DNA of 64,000 bases from Utricularia gibba (Eukaryota > Plantae > Magnoliophyta): the NCBI GenBank assembly GCA_002189035.1, contig CM007992.1, positions 806,001 to 870,000 of the forward strand, written 5' to 3'. The notes beneath the pieces were generated by a model that made no database searches, had not been told where the DNA came from, and was given only the letters and a program-made list of their open reading frames with translations. Shown here piece after piece: positions 12,650 to 25,060 of this stretch. The position numbers were made by a program, and so were the translations under genes. Within the stretch, counting starts at the first letter, position 1. Every line of letters begins with the position of its first letter.

Positions 12650-13924
12650 CTTTGCCAATAAGGGGGCCTTCAATTGTACTTCTCCTTGGCAAGTTGCATC
12701 AAACAACTCAATGGGAAATCATCCCCTGGTCTTGAACTCCACACTTAAAAACTCTTCTTTTTGTCTTGCTACCGTAGAGTGGACAGCCTCACAATCTTCA
12801 CAGAATATGCGACTCCAAGCTCAGAATCGGAATCCTGATACAAAGGCGCGAGCTTCAAGAGAATCCAAAGAAACAAGCTACAATATTATGATGCACAGAA
12901 CATAGCAGTCCGATATTGATAAGAAAATAGGTAACTGTTTATTGGCTTGACATGAATAATTTGTGGGAATTTGATTGCATTGCATTGAATTTCCTCCAAT
13001 TCACGGACAGTGTTTGATGACAATAAATGAAACAAAATAAAAATCGCACGGACCCCCCCTTCGCCCACTTCCCCCACCTTCTCTCTCAGTCCGCGCAGAA
13101 CAGAAACAGAGAGACTACATACATACATACGTGCGTACAAGAAACATCACTTTCTTCCACAAGGGTTTTTTTTCGATCCTCCAGGCAGAGAAATGCCCAA
13201 TCCAATTGCAAATCTTTGACAGGGGAAGCAGGAATAAAGCAATCAAGCAACTGGGTTTTCGGGGTTTCCCTGTTTCAGATTCTCTATGATGTCAATTTGG
13301 GGCCCAAATCAAGACATACCCAGTAAGAAAAACAAGTTGGAATCACGAAATAATGCTTGCTAAACTACAAAATCCAACTTCATCCCACAGCATCAACCGA
13401 TTCAAGGAAGTGTGAACAAGAAGAAGAAACGAATGCAGCAGGGCGGGGTGTACCTCGAAACTGGACAGAGGCGAAGAAACCAAACAGCGGTCACCCCAAT
13501 CACAAGAACCGAGAATGCAGCAGCAGCCAGGAACAACAAAAACAACACAAAACAGAAGAGAAATAAAAAGAAAAAGAAAATGGGGGTGGTTTCTTTTTCA
13601 AAATTTGAAGAGAGTGGGGGAAGTTACTGTAGATGCGTGGAAGAGAGAGAAAGCGGAAGCAGTAAATGCTGACCAACTGCCATGGAAATGGGGTGCTTGA
13701 GGCTCTGAGGGGACGAACCACCTGCCACAGCTAAATTAAAGTGATTTGTACGGCCGCTTTGTCCACTTCCTTCAAACCGGTTCAAAACAAAGCAGGAGTG
13801 GGCTTCACTTCGATCCCCGAGCCGGCGCGCCTCTCCTTTCACAATTTTGTCCTTATCCGTTTGGGGCAAACCAATAAAACAATAATATAATTAATTCCTT
13901 TAATCAAATTAACTTTATTTTGTA

Positions 13925-14235
13925 TTCTCAAAAAATATATATATCCAACATAATATTATTTTAAATACATATTTATAGGAATTATGTATCGAACATATCA
14001 TCACGTAATATCAATCTAAATATATATTAATAAGAATTATGTATCGAGTATATCATCACATACTATCATTTTAAAGACATATTTATAAGAATTATATATT
14101 AAATATATCATCATATAATATCATTTTAAAGATATATTTATAGAAATTATGTATTGAGCATATCATCACATAATATAATTTTAAATCTATATTTATATGA
14201 ATTGTATATCAAATATATCGTCACATTATAATAAG
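13925..14235. repeat. Minisatellite, 55-bp unit, about 5.5 copies
   Basis: Units start AATT(A/G)T at 13980, 14035, 14090, 14145 and 14200. The consensus is close to AATTATGTATCGAGCATATCATCACATAATATCATTTTAAAGATATATTTATAAG. Confidence 0.9.
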
Positions 14236-15136
14236 ATGAAAATTGTCTTGATCCAGTACACAAAAAGTTTTAAAAAAACGAAATAAAATAAAATAAAATA
14301 AGATATTGTGGAATTCCGTAGACAGCGAGTGAAGGAATCCGTGTGCAGGACTGGTGCAAAGCAGTGTCCAACAGCACCATCTTTTATTATCATTTTTTAA
14401 TGCAATTTGCAAAATAAATGAAGGAATAAAAAAAAAACTCCTAACTGAAAATCTGTGTCCATAAAACCCCCAAAAATCAACTACCATGAGGTCGTTGATT
14501 TTCAATCATTAAAATCCGTTAAATTGATTTTTATATAATCTAATTTTGAATTTCATTTTAGCAAAATTATTTTTAATAATAATTATTCATTTATCTCATA
14601 TCAATATCCTATCTCCATTATGAAATGAGTAGAAATTATACTGAGTCATTTTATTTGAAAAAAAATGTAAAATTATAAAAATGTAATTTATATATTTCCA
14701 ATAAGTTGAAAAAAATGATTATTATTTGATTGGTAACTTTTTAACAAATGCTACATTAATTTCAATGAGTTTACGAATGTAATGGATATTTATAAGAACA
14801 TTTTTAGTGAAAATACTGATATGACTTTTCGAAAATCAATTTTATTTTTACAGAAATAATTTATTTGAGTAAATTTTATGCTGCGAAAATCACTTTTAGA
14901 AAATTACATTTTCTCATGAAAACTCAATAAAGTAAACCACGTCATCATTTCTGAAAATCATTAAAAATATTCTAATGAGGTTCGTAAAGAAATTGATCAA
15001 TATATCCATGCTCTTTCTAATTTTATAATATTGTCTATTTTAAATACTCAATCCTCATAATTTTATGTTTTTTTCTTTCAAAAAAAAGATGTTATTTAAA
15101 ATTATAAAAGTTTCTTTTATATAAATTATATCTATA

Positions 15137-15372
15137 TTCCATCCGTCACCAATATGGAATTAGTCTAAAATATAATATATTTCATTGATCCTGACGAGAT
15201 GACATTTGTGAGTATGAGGTTGTTACTATTTGGTTACAATGTTTCAATATTAGATTAAGACATAAACCTTGATCGTCCTTTTTTCGGAAATTCCTTGATA
15301 ATGAATGAAGTTCAAAATTAATATCATGCTTGAAATGAAACACAATTTTGATCACGTAGAAAGTGGATGTAG
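15137..15372. mobile_element. Degenerate Stowaway-like MITE
   Basis: Left end TA|TTCCATCCGTCACC resembles the Stowaway TIR CTCCATCCGTCCC. Right end GTGGATGTAG|TA is a poorer match. About 240 bp. Confidence 0.35.
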
Positions 15373-16214
15373 TACATGAAGAATAAGAATGGGATTGAAT
15401 GCTTTTGGTGAGGTGAGGTCGTTATCATCCCTAACGGCCATAAGAACCCCCCCCCCCCCCCGTTGGGTAATGATGTCATTAATTTACCATTAATTAATCC
15501 GCATCAAATCCAAGCATTTATTATTAATTATTCGAGTTTTTAATATTAATATTTTTATATTTGAATGGATTGGACTGAACTGGACCGGGGGGATGAAGAT
15601 ACTTCATTCAGAACAGGGATGATGCGTAACAGTGGTAGGTGGGGAGCGGGGCCCACCGCCTCCTGTCTAATCCATCTCCGACACATCTCCAGATCGACGG
15701 CCCAAAATCCTCCTCCCCGGACGGACGGCTCGCGGCGAAAGCAGCCGGCTCGGCTTCGGCCATTCGGCGTCCTTATCCTTACAGGGATGAGTGGGCCCGG
15801 GGCCGAGATTCACGAATTCCAGGAGAGGGGGTAAGGCAGGCTTTCCGCTCGGGTTGGGGACGGGATCTCCTGCTTCGCGCCCTTACCCTGCACCCCCACT
15901 CATTCCTGCCCTGCCAAGTAACCATCCGCATGTCATGCATGTCCGAGTCCACGACCATAAGTCCATAAGTATTATATAACTCATAGATTATGTTTAGTAC
16001 ATGGATACTTTATAATTGAGATAAAATGGGATATATGAAGAGAAGTTATACGATAGTATAATCTTATCTCAATTCTTCAATTTTTATTATTTTATTTCAT
16101 ATTCATGATATAAATTATCTAAAATATAATTTATCTTATCTATCAAATATTATATTTTTTTATATTTAATTATCCACATTCATACTTTATATAAAACGCA
16201 CTCATAATAACAAT

Positions 16215-16370
16215 TAGGGGTGAGGATTAGCTTTGGAATACCGAATTTTTAGTATTTTGGATTGGGATTGGAATTTATTTCTATGAATTTTTGATTTTCG
16301 ATTCGACATACCATAGAGATAATAAAATTTTGGTATATACCGAATAACGATATATTAAATTTGGACTAAG
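16215..16370 (+). mobile_element. Degenerate hAT-type MITE fragment
   Basis: Starts TAGGGGTGAG and has ATACCGAA subterminal motifs twice. No matching right end was found. Confidence 0.3.
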
Positions 16371-16932
16371 ATTTCATTGTAGGTCCAGAGTTTAGATTTT
16401 AGGGTTTTGCTTTTGCACTACATTATATCGACTTGAAGAATCTAGTTGAAATAACTTTTATTTTTCAAAAAACTATTTTTAAAAATAATTTGATCATTAA
16501 ATACAAACGCTTTTATACTTTATAATAAGAATATAAATTTACATATAATTATTATTTTTAAAAGGTTGTAGAATTTCACCTTCTGTTTTATTAGAATCAA
16601 TTTTTTAAAATTTTTTATCAAACACAATCATTTAAAAAAAAGATGTAACCCCACGTTTTTTTTCCTTTTTCTATAAAATAAATTCCCTCCGTACGACGTG
16701 TAATTTGGCGGGGCCCAGAAATGTGCCATTTCAACGGTCTTCTTATTTAAAGGCTTCGTCCAAATTGCTGACGAAACCATTTTATTTTATTTTCCTTCCC
16801 CAAACCTCAATAATTCAAGCGCATATTCGTGCATATTTATGTATAATTGTTTACAATGATATAATCTCCATTTTCGAAAAGATTCTCGTAGTCCCAAATT
16901 CAATATGCCCTAAAAAAACTTGATGACACAAA

Positions 16933-17183
16933 GGGCTTGTTTGATATAAGGTTATAAGGTTGGTTTATGATACATTTAATAAAATTGTGTTGTTTGATAT
17001 GTGTATATAATTATACCTTATATATGGGTATAATAATCATTATATTCATATAATACCCTCATATATGGGTATATGTATACCCAATGAGGGATATGAGTAT
17101 TTTTATACTCACATATTTGGGTTTAACTAAACCCAAATAATCTAAATCCACCAACACTTAAAATACATCAACCAAACAAGGCC
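16933..17183. mobile_element. Tourist/PIF-like MITE
   Basis: TIRs GGGCTTGTTTGAT and ACCAAACAAGGCC match at 11/13 positions. The element is flanked by a 3-bp AAA/AAA duplication and has an AT-rich 250-bp interior. Confidence 0.6.
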
Positions 17184-17694
17184 AAAATGGTAGTGAGTCC
17201 CTTTGTATAATTGGGTTGGGCCAAGCTTCTATTGGGCAGGTTATTCACTCTTTCAACAGTTGTGTGTTGCTATATATAGTAATATAGCATAACCACTCTT
17301 TTATTTGTTTTAGTAAATGAAATAAATCAATAAAGTTTCAATGATCAATCAAGTTTTTTCAAATTCCATAAATATATATATATATAGTAGTATAGCTTGT
17401 TTTCTATGCTTGAATGAGTGTTGTATATATACATACCATATGTATTACATTTTAAATCTATTTAATTATGAATTTTTGAATTACGTTAAACAAAAACACT
17501 TGAATAAAACTTTATATATAATTTCATTATGTATTTACTTATTTTGATGTTAATGTATCAAGTTACGAAAGACATCCTTAGTTTTAAATTTTAGCTAAAA
17601 CTGGATGGTTAAGATTCATCTTTCACGAATGCTAAAAGTGGATATTGACCGGTTCAAGAAATAAAGATAAGAGGATCAATTACTCAGCAAATGC

Positions 17695-20610
17695 TCATGA
17701 GATTCGGCTGCTTCCAGGAGACTTTTCCACACCTTCTTCAGACATTTTTCTCCTCACAGAATCAACACCATCCCAGTTGCCTGAGGCTGCGTGCATGTGG
17801 GAGAGCAGGACATAGCTACAGGAGCTCTGTGGTTCCAGAGACCGGAGTTTCTCAGCGGCGGAGCACCCCCTGATGTCGTCTCCGTGCAGCCTGCACGCAT
17901 TCAGATATGCCGACCATATCTTGGCGTCTGGCTCAAGCTCCATGCTGTTGATGAAGCTCTCAGCTTCGCCCAGAAACCCCCACCTCCCATAGAGATCCAC
18001 CATGCAGGCGCAGTGGTCGGTCCGGGGTGGAATCCGGTAGCGGTGCGTCATTTTGTGATACAGCTCTTCACCTTGGGGAACCATTCCGGCGTGGCTGCAG
18101 GCACTCAGGACACCGAGAAAGGTGATTTCATCAGGCTGGATGTTTGCTTGCTGCATTTCATCGAACGTCTTCAGTGCATTTTCTGCAAAACCATTTTTCG
18201 CGTACCCGAGGATGATCGAGTTCCATGAAATGAGGTCTTTCTTGATCGGCATGTCCCTGAAGATCCTGGATGAACTTTCCATATCCCCACATTTGGAGTA
18301 CATGTCTACAAGCGCACTTGCAGTCAGCTCATCTTTGTCATACCCAATGTGAATGGCAAGACAGTGGATTCTTTGGCCACATACTAAAGAAGCAACAATG
18401 GAGCATGCCTTCAGGACACTTGCAAATGTAGCCTGATCCGGCAGGACGCCATTGCTGCGCATTTTATGGTACCATTGCAGTGCTTCCTTTCCATATCCAT
18501 TTTGGGCGTTTCCTGATACCATGACTGTCCATATGATTGTGCTGTTCTGAAGTGGAACCGGGAGCTCGGAGAAAAGCTGAGGAGCATCACAGCTGCTATG
18601 ATCACTGAGCCGCAGGTACATTCCCAGGAGAGAAAGACATAAAAATTCATCATCATGGGGAAACCCGAGCTTCGAAATAAAACCATGGAGTTGGCGCCCA
18701 AAGTACAACTCGGAATGGCAATGGCATCCCTCCAGCAAAGAAGCAAAAGTAACTTCAGAGGGTCGCAGTCCATCAGCTAGCATAAATTCAAAAATCTTTG
18801 CTGCTTTAGCCAGGCTGAATTGTGCAAGCCCAGAAATTAAGGTGTTTACACAAGCCACACTTGTTTCAGGCATGGATGAGAACACTACCTGTGCAGCTTC
18901 AATCATCCCTGACTTGGAGTACATGTCAACTAGGGAGCATCCAGCATAGAGGCTGTCCTCTACACCATACTTCACCAAAAAGCAATGAATTTGCATACCC
19001 TTACACAGATCTTGCAAGTTTGCAGCAGCACTGAGTATGCTAGCCAATGATACCTCATCAGGAGCTATACCTGCAGACATCATTCTTTGAAAGATGATGA
19101 AAGCTTGCTCCTCTTGTTCCTCCTGTACATGACCAACTATAATTGAATTCCAAGAAACATTGTCTTGTCTACTCATGCGGACGAAGACTTTCATAGCATC
19201 AGATAAGGAACCACATTTCGCATACATGTCCACCAATGAATTTTGAACATATAAGTTGTCCTTTAAGTCATTCTTCATAATAGTGGAATGAATCTGCAAT
19301 CCCATATCCATATCATGTAAAGATGCACAAGCACTGAGCACGCTAGTGATGGTGAAGTCATCAGGTTGATATTGGTGATTTCTCATATGCATAAATAACT
19401 CAAGAACCTGATCAGGGTGTCCATTCTGTGCATAGCCTCCAAGAAGGGCATTCCACAACACACTGTTTTTTTCTGGTAGTCCATCGAAAATGGTCCTTGC
19501 AGCCTCCATCCGCTGGCACTTGGCATACATGTTGAGCAAAGAGCTCCCTGCATATACATTAGAAACGAGTCCCCGTTTAACAGCCAATGAATGAACCTGC
19601 AAGCCATATTCATACTTGCCTAAGGTGGCAATTGCACTCAAGACGCTTCCGAGACTGCGCCGTGATGGTTCAACACCAGAATCTACCATATTCCTGAAAA
19701 TTCTGATCGCCTCTCCCTCGTTATTACTTTTCAGATTTCCTGAAATCATTATGTTCCATGCCACAAGATGCGGATTTGGAATTTTAGAAAATAGTCTACT
19801 TGCAAAATCAAGCCTCCCCTGTGACGCAAAAGCATTTAATATGGTCACTAGCGCAACATGGTCCAGCTCGTTACCTGCTTTCTGCATATCATCAAAAACA
19901 CTTATTGCCTCTGTTGTCATGCCAACACGAGCGAGTCCCAGAATCATGGAAGTCCAGGAAACTGTGTCTGGGTTCACTGAACTATCAAACATCCTCTTAG
20001 AATCCAAAAGTCCATCACATTTAGCATACATATCAATCAATGCACCCTCGCAATACGCATCACCTTCAAGCCCAATTTTCAGGATCGCACAATGCACTTG
20101 CTTCCCAAGTACCAAGTTCACTAGCTTCGCACAAGCTGAGAGTGCAATAGCAAAACTGTACTGATTCCCCCAAACCCCAGAATTCCACATTAAGCCAAAA
20201 TCCCTGACCACGTCTTTGTACAAGCTTTGCCGCGACTTCATCAACATAATCGAATTCCATGCAATCTCATCCGTCTTTGAAAGGTTAAGAAAAAACTTCC
20301 CAGCATAATCCGCGCGACCACATTTCGTATACAAGTCCAAAACATAATTACCCAGCCTCCCAAATGCCAAAAATCCAAGCTTCAGAGCCGGGCCATGAAT
20401 CGTCTTCGCCGTCCTGAATGAAGAATCGAGTCTTCCGGGCACCACAGCCTTGCATTCTTCGAAGCATATTTTCGATAACTGATTGTAGTAGTTGTTCGCA
20501 AACAGCGACCGAGGATCTTCCGCCAACAGGGCCGTTGAGAAACCTAGTCGACGATTCACCGAGGAATTCGACTTCAGGCGCTTCAGCTTCAACAACAACC
20601 CTGATTGCAT
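17695..20610 (-). CDS. PLS-class PPR protein with E domain (At3g09040-like), intronless
   Basis: 971-aa ORF of tandem P/L/S motifs ending YVLLSHMHAASGNWDGV...KSPGSSRI. It has an E domain and no DYW domain. Confidence 0.95.
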   Translation of the reverse strand: MQSGLLLKLKRLKSNSSVNRRLGFSTALLAEDPRSLFANNYYNQLSKICFEECKAVVPGRLDSSFRTAKTIHGPALKLGFLAFGRLGNYVLDLYTKCGRADYAGKFFLNLSKTDEIAWNSIMLMKSRQSLYKDVVRDFGLMWNSGVWGNQYSFAIALSACAKLVNLVLGKQVHCAILKIGLEGDAYCEGALIDMYAKCDGLLDSKRMFDSSVNPDTVSWTSMILGLARVGMTTEAISVFDDMQKAGNELDHVALVTILNAFASQGRLDFASRLFSKIPNPHLVAWNIMISGNLKSNNEGEAIRIFRNMVDSGVEPSRRSLGSVLSAIATLGKYEYGLQVHSLAVKRGLVSNVYAGSSLLNMYAKCQRMEAARTIFDGLPEKNSVLWNALLGGYAQNGHPDQVLELFMHMRNHQYQPDDFTITSVLSACASLHDMDMGLQIHSTIMKNDLKDNLYVQNSLVDMYAKCGSLSDAMKVFVRMSRQDNVSWNSIIVGHVQEEQEEQAFIIFQRMMSAGIAPDEVSLASILSAAANLQDLCKGMQIHCFLVKYGVEDSLYAGCSLVDMYSKSGMIEAAQVVFSSMPETSVACVNTLISGLAQFSLAKAAKIFEFMLADGLRPSEVTFASLLEGCHCHSELYFGRQLHGFISKLGFPHDDEFLCLSLLGMYLRLSDHSSCDAPQLFSELPVPLQNSTIIWTVMVSGNAQNGYGKEALQWYHKMRSNGVLPDQATFASVLKACSIVASLVCGQRIHCLAIHIGYDKDELTASALVDMYSKCGDMESSSRIFRDMPIKKDLISWNSIILGYAKNGFAENALKTFDEMQQANIQPDEITFLGVLSACSHAGMVPQGEELYHKMTHRYRIPPRTDHCACMVDLYGRWGFLGEAESFINSMELEPDAKIWSAYLNACRLHGDDIRGCSAAEKLRSLEPQSSCSYVLLSHMHAASGNWDGVDSVRRKMSEEGVEKSPGSSRIS

Positions 20611-21103
20611 CTGAATTCATAATCCTCTCGACTTCAACCATAGATCATCAGATGCTGCAAAACAAAACCCAGACTCAGAAGTCGCCGCCACGCACCTGCA
20701 TAAGCGAAAGCTAGATGGCGTCCTTACTTTGGGAAAAGGTCTGAGTTGTAGCCAATTTGACTCCGGCGATGCACGGATCAGGTAGCTACGTCATGTCGAA
20801 CTCTTCCCGGCGGCTTCCGCCGAAGTCAGATCTCGGGCAAGTGGGTTCTGAACGAAATGACTCGACTTGGAATCAAAGGAACGAATGGAATCGATCGACA
20901 CTTCATCCATGCTCGTTCCATCTACGTATCTCGGTCTTACATCGTTAATGAAAAATTCGAAAATGTTGAACCCTATCTGGTTTCAGTTTGAATACTTGAA
21001 GAGGCCAAGAACTCAAGAAAAAAAGCCTGAAAAGGTGACGGCTGGGTTGGGTCTCTCTTGAGCAGAAGCGAAACTTGGTTGAGATGAAGCCTCTGTTTCT
21101 CTC

Positions 21104-24100
21104 TCACTCTGGGATCAGTTGTTCGTTATCTGCATCTCCTTCCTCGGTGGTTTTCGACTTTGGAGCCTGAGCTCCAGGGGGCTGCTTCTTCTTGATCCCA
21201 CTAACGATATCATCGATTCTCAGAAGCATGCACGCAGCTTCGATGGCGGTCTTGAACGCCTGAGCCTTCACCGTGTAAGAATCCCAAATCTGAAAACATA
21301 ACAATATGGCACCGGGGAATGGATTAATCAGCAGGGTGCAGTGCAGGGAATGGAGGGAGGATTTGGGGTGGATTTTCATGTCTATACCTTGCGCTCTTTC
21401 ATGTCACTGATCTCTCCAGTGTTCCCATCTATGCCAATCCATGCATTCTCACCATTTGCATGCTAAGCAAACGAAAAAACGTGGCAAATCAGTAGATCAT
21501 CCATGGCCAAGCTTGCATTTATGTATGTATCTCTGAGAAATATTACCTTCCCCCGAAGAGCAGTCATGGTACGAATCACATTAACACCACAGTTCTGGGC
21601 TAATGTTCTCGGTATAGCTTCAAAGGCAATTGCAGCAGCTTCGTAAGGCCACTATACAGCAAATGGGGAAAAAAACAGACATGAGGCAACTGCCCACTAA
21701 ATTAGCAATACTGACTTTTTCTGAAACATAATTGATATTATGTTCGAGAAGTAGAGGAGCAGTAGCACGATGTGATGGGAAGTTTTCTTACCTTTTCTAT
21801 TCCTTCAATAGCGGAGCTCTTCTGCTTCAACACAGCAGAGACGGTAGATTCTGTGGCACCTCCACCAGGAACAAGTTTTGGGTTTTTTATTATATTCCTT
21901 GCTACAGACATAGCATCCTGTTTCCGAGAGACACATTAGTAAAGCAACTTGGGAAATTAAGATGGCACGAAAGCTATCTAGAGGATCAAAATTCATACGA
22001 ACCTGTAAGTTCCTTTCAACTTCATTCAACAAATCCTTGCTTGCACCTCGTAAGAGCACCGTGCAGGCTTTTGGATCCTTGCACTCAACAATGAAGGCAA
22101 AAAACTCATCACCAATCTTTCTGACCTCAAATAACCCAGCACCTGTCCCAACATCAGATTCCTGCAATTCCTCTGGCCTGTTAACAATTACCGCTCCACA
22201 TGCCTTAGCAATCCTATTATTATCTGTCTTCCTCAGCCTTCTGATGGCACTGACACCGGCCTTGCTAAGATAATGGCAGGCCAAGTCGCTGAGCCCCTTC
22301 TCAGTTATAACAAGGTCGGGTTTGAACTTCAGTATTTGTACGCACAAGTTCTCAATGTACTCCTCTTCCATTTTTAGTAAGACACTCCAATCCTCCTCCC
22401 TTAAAAGCTCAGCATTGGTTTGGTTCTCTCCCTTCTTGTACTCAAGAGGGCAGTCAAGAAGAATTATTCTTGGATTCAATATTTTTCTTCTCATTTTACC
22501 AGGAGCTACAATATCCTTGTTAAACATAACTCCTTTCAAAACATGTGAGTCCTCCAACTGACCTCCAGGGATCTTCTCTACCTTAATGTACTTCTTGATA
22601 TCTACTTCACGTAATCCTTGTCCAACTTCAACACCAACAGTGGATGTAGCATCGATTGCCAAGTCCTGATAAGCAACCAATAATACATGAGGGGCATATT
22701 GAAGTATAATCATAAGAATGAGGAAGAAATAAAAATAATTAACAAGCACTGACAACAGGTTGAGAGGAACAAGCACACAAAGATATGAGAAACAGAAAAA
22801 TTATAAACAGAAACAGATAACTGTGATCAAATAAATACTTACGGCAATAAGATCTCCAAACTGGCTAGTAAATTTAGTACCAATACAACTCTTAACAAGG
22901 CCTAGCATAGTTGCACCTTCCAACAGAGAAACACAGTAGAATGAGGGAGCTCGAACAGTGATTACAAAAGGATAAATTTTAATGATCAGTTGAAAATTAC
23001 AGGGAATTTTACTGCAAGCAAACTACACAAACAAGTAGAAAACTAAACCAAGTGAACATACGATCTTTAACATCTACAGTCATCGCAATCTTATCCAGTA
23101 CAGCAATGGCATCCTCCAGAGCGTTACTGTAAGCTGTAACAAAATCAGGAGAAACGTGTCATGCCCCAGTCCCAAGAAACATCTCGTGTCAAATACTGCA
23201 TAGGAATTATATAGTTGGTTACCTCGACAGATGACTGTGGGATGGTAGTTTTTGTCAATGAAAGCTTCTGCCACGTGGAGCATTTCACCAGCTTCAAAAG
23301 GTACGAAAACAAAAGGGCACGGCCTCTCAGATGATATATAATGAATACAATCATCATCCAAAATTTTTAAATCACTACAAGTATCCTAAGAACTACATGA
23401 AAATTTCAAAAGGAAATAATCACATACCAAGAACAATCACAGATGTTGTGCCATCCCCAACCTCCTCATCCTGAGTACGGCTCAGCTCAATCATGGACTG
23501 CCAGCATGAAACGGGACTTATAAGAAACGCAACGCAGTAACAGATAAAAAATTAGATGGACATAAATAATAGTCCTTGTATCATAATTCCATCAATAAAG
23601 CAGCCCAAGGTGTAGCACATAAATCAAAAATAAAAATGCCCACCTTTGCAGCAGGGTGTGCAACATCCAATTCACGAAGAATAGCATTTCCATCATTTGT
23701 AACCACAATCCCTACAGTTTTAAAGATTTACAGAGGACAGGGAATGAAAATTCTGCTTTTTCATTCCAAACAGCTTTTCAAAGTCACCTAGATTTATTAG
23801 CAAACATATGGGTTACCTCCTTGAGCATCAAGAAGCATCTTCAGCATTGACCTTGGCCCCAATGTAGTTCGAATAATATCAGCGACAGCCTGAGACAGTA
23901 ACATAAAGCCTGAATAAGCCATCACAATTAAATCGGAAGATTTAGCCCTAATGGCCCACGGGTGACAACAAAAGAAATCAAGCCTCACTCCAAGAGAATG
24001 AATAGCATTCAACAAATCGAAGCTAGTTATTCACAGATTCACGAGTTTAGTACCTTTGACGCTTGAATATTCCCATGGTGAACCTTGCTTCCAGACTCCC

Positions 24101-24428
24101 GCTGCAGTGAATCCTCTGGTCAAGGGAAAAACGAACATCAACCAAGAGCACTTGCGACATGAATGGAATATTTCACACAACATTTCCCGGAAATTATCCG
24201 CTTAAAATCAAGTTCTTTTCCGCAAAGTCGTCGGTACCACCCCCATCACACACACACTCACAAAGTACTTATCGCCATAAATTATCAAAATGACAGTATG
24301 GTGCAGTACATACTCCCCGCAACCTTTTCAATATGACACGAAATGCGAAGAAAATGAAAATGAAGAGAAAGAACCGAATCCGAATTCGAAAAGCAGAACT
24401 CACTCAGGACGAGTACGGGGGCATGCAT
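21104..24428 (-). CDS. CCT3: T-complex protein 1 subunit gamma (chaperonin CCT3)
   Basis: MHAPVLVL|KDSLQRESGSKVHHGNIQASK|AVADIIRTTLGPRSMLKMLLD ... QDEEVGDGTTSV ... KVEKIPGGQLEDS ... NPRIILLDCPLEYKKGE ... TAIEAACMLLRIDDIVSG. Confidence 0.97.
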
Positions 24429-25060
24429 CGTCGCCTCAGATCAAGAATTCCCTTTCAAACGGCAGGAATCTGATAAAACAAAAATGTGCCCGGCCGCTCG
24501 GAAAACCGCGAGCAACAAGGGTTTTAAGTTTATTTCAAAAAAAAAAAGTTATTTCTAATAACTCTCTCCTTACTGCTCGAAAGGCGAGAAGGGCTAAGTT
24601 GGAAAGTTTTACTCCTAATATGAATAAGACGAATTGCCCGCTTCTTGTACTTAGCGGTCGGTAGGAGCGGCGGACAGACGTCGGCCGGCGAGACACAGTG
24701 AGGCGTTTTCCGTTTCCAAGGCATTCCATAAGCCGGTGTTTGGTAGTTTTATTAGAATAAAAATTAAAAGTTTAATTTCAAATATTGAAATAAGATATAT
24801 ATATATATATAATTTCTATTATTTAATAATTTGGTAAAATTAATTCCCACTATTCTTAAATTGATTATTAGGAATCAATTTTATTATTCTTTTTAAAATT
24901 GTGATGATTAATCAACTGGATTTTTAAATAATATAAATAAATAAATAAATAAAAATAATGTTTAAAAATAATGAAATTTACGAGAAATAAATCAATTTAT
25001 TTTAAAAAAAACCTTTGTAAAGTGTAGACATGTACACCATACATGATACACATGCAGCAC

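Noticed and set aside
13925-14235. CRISPR-like array
   Set aside because: The units are contiguous and diverged, with no unique spacers and no cas genes, in a eukaryotic context. It is a minisatellite.
15782-15908. Telomerase RNA, RNase MRP or SRP RNA
   Set aside because: There is no USE/TATA promoter, CTAAACCCT template or MRP P4 motifs, and the hairpin is too short.
17791-20714. Antisense and alternative-frame ORFs over the PPR gene (and similarly over the other PPR, RLK, CCT3 and MutS2 genes)
   Set aside because: These are shadow ORFs of long coding sequences with no recognisable motifs.
24640-24720. tRNA/SINE-like TAGCGGTCGGTAGGAGCG
   Set aside because: It is only an A-box-like stretch, with no B box or cloverleaf.
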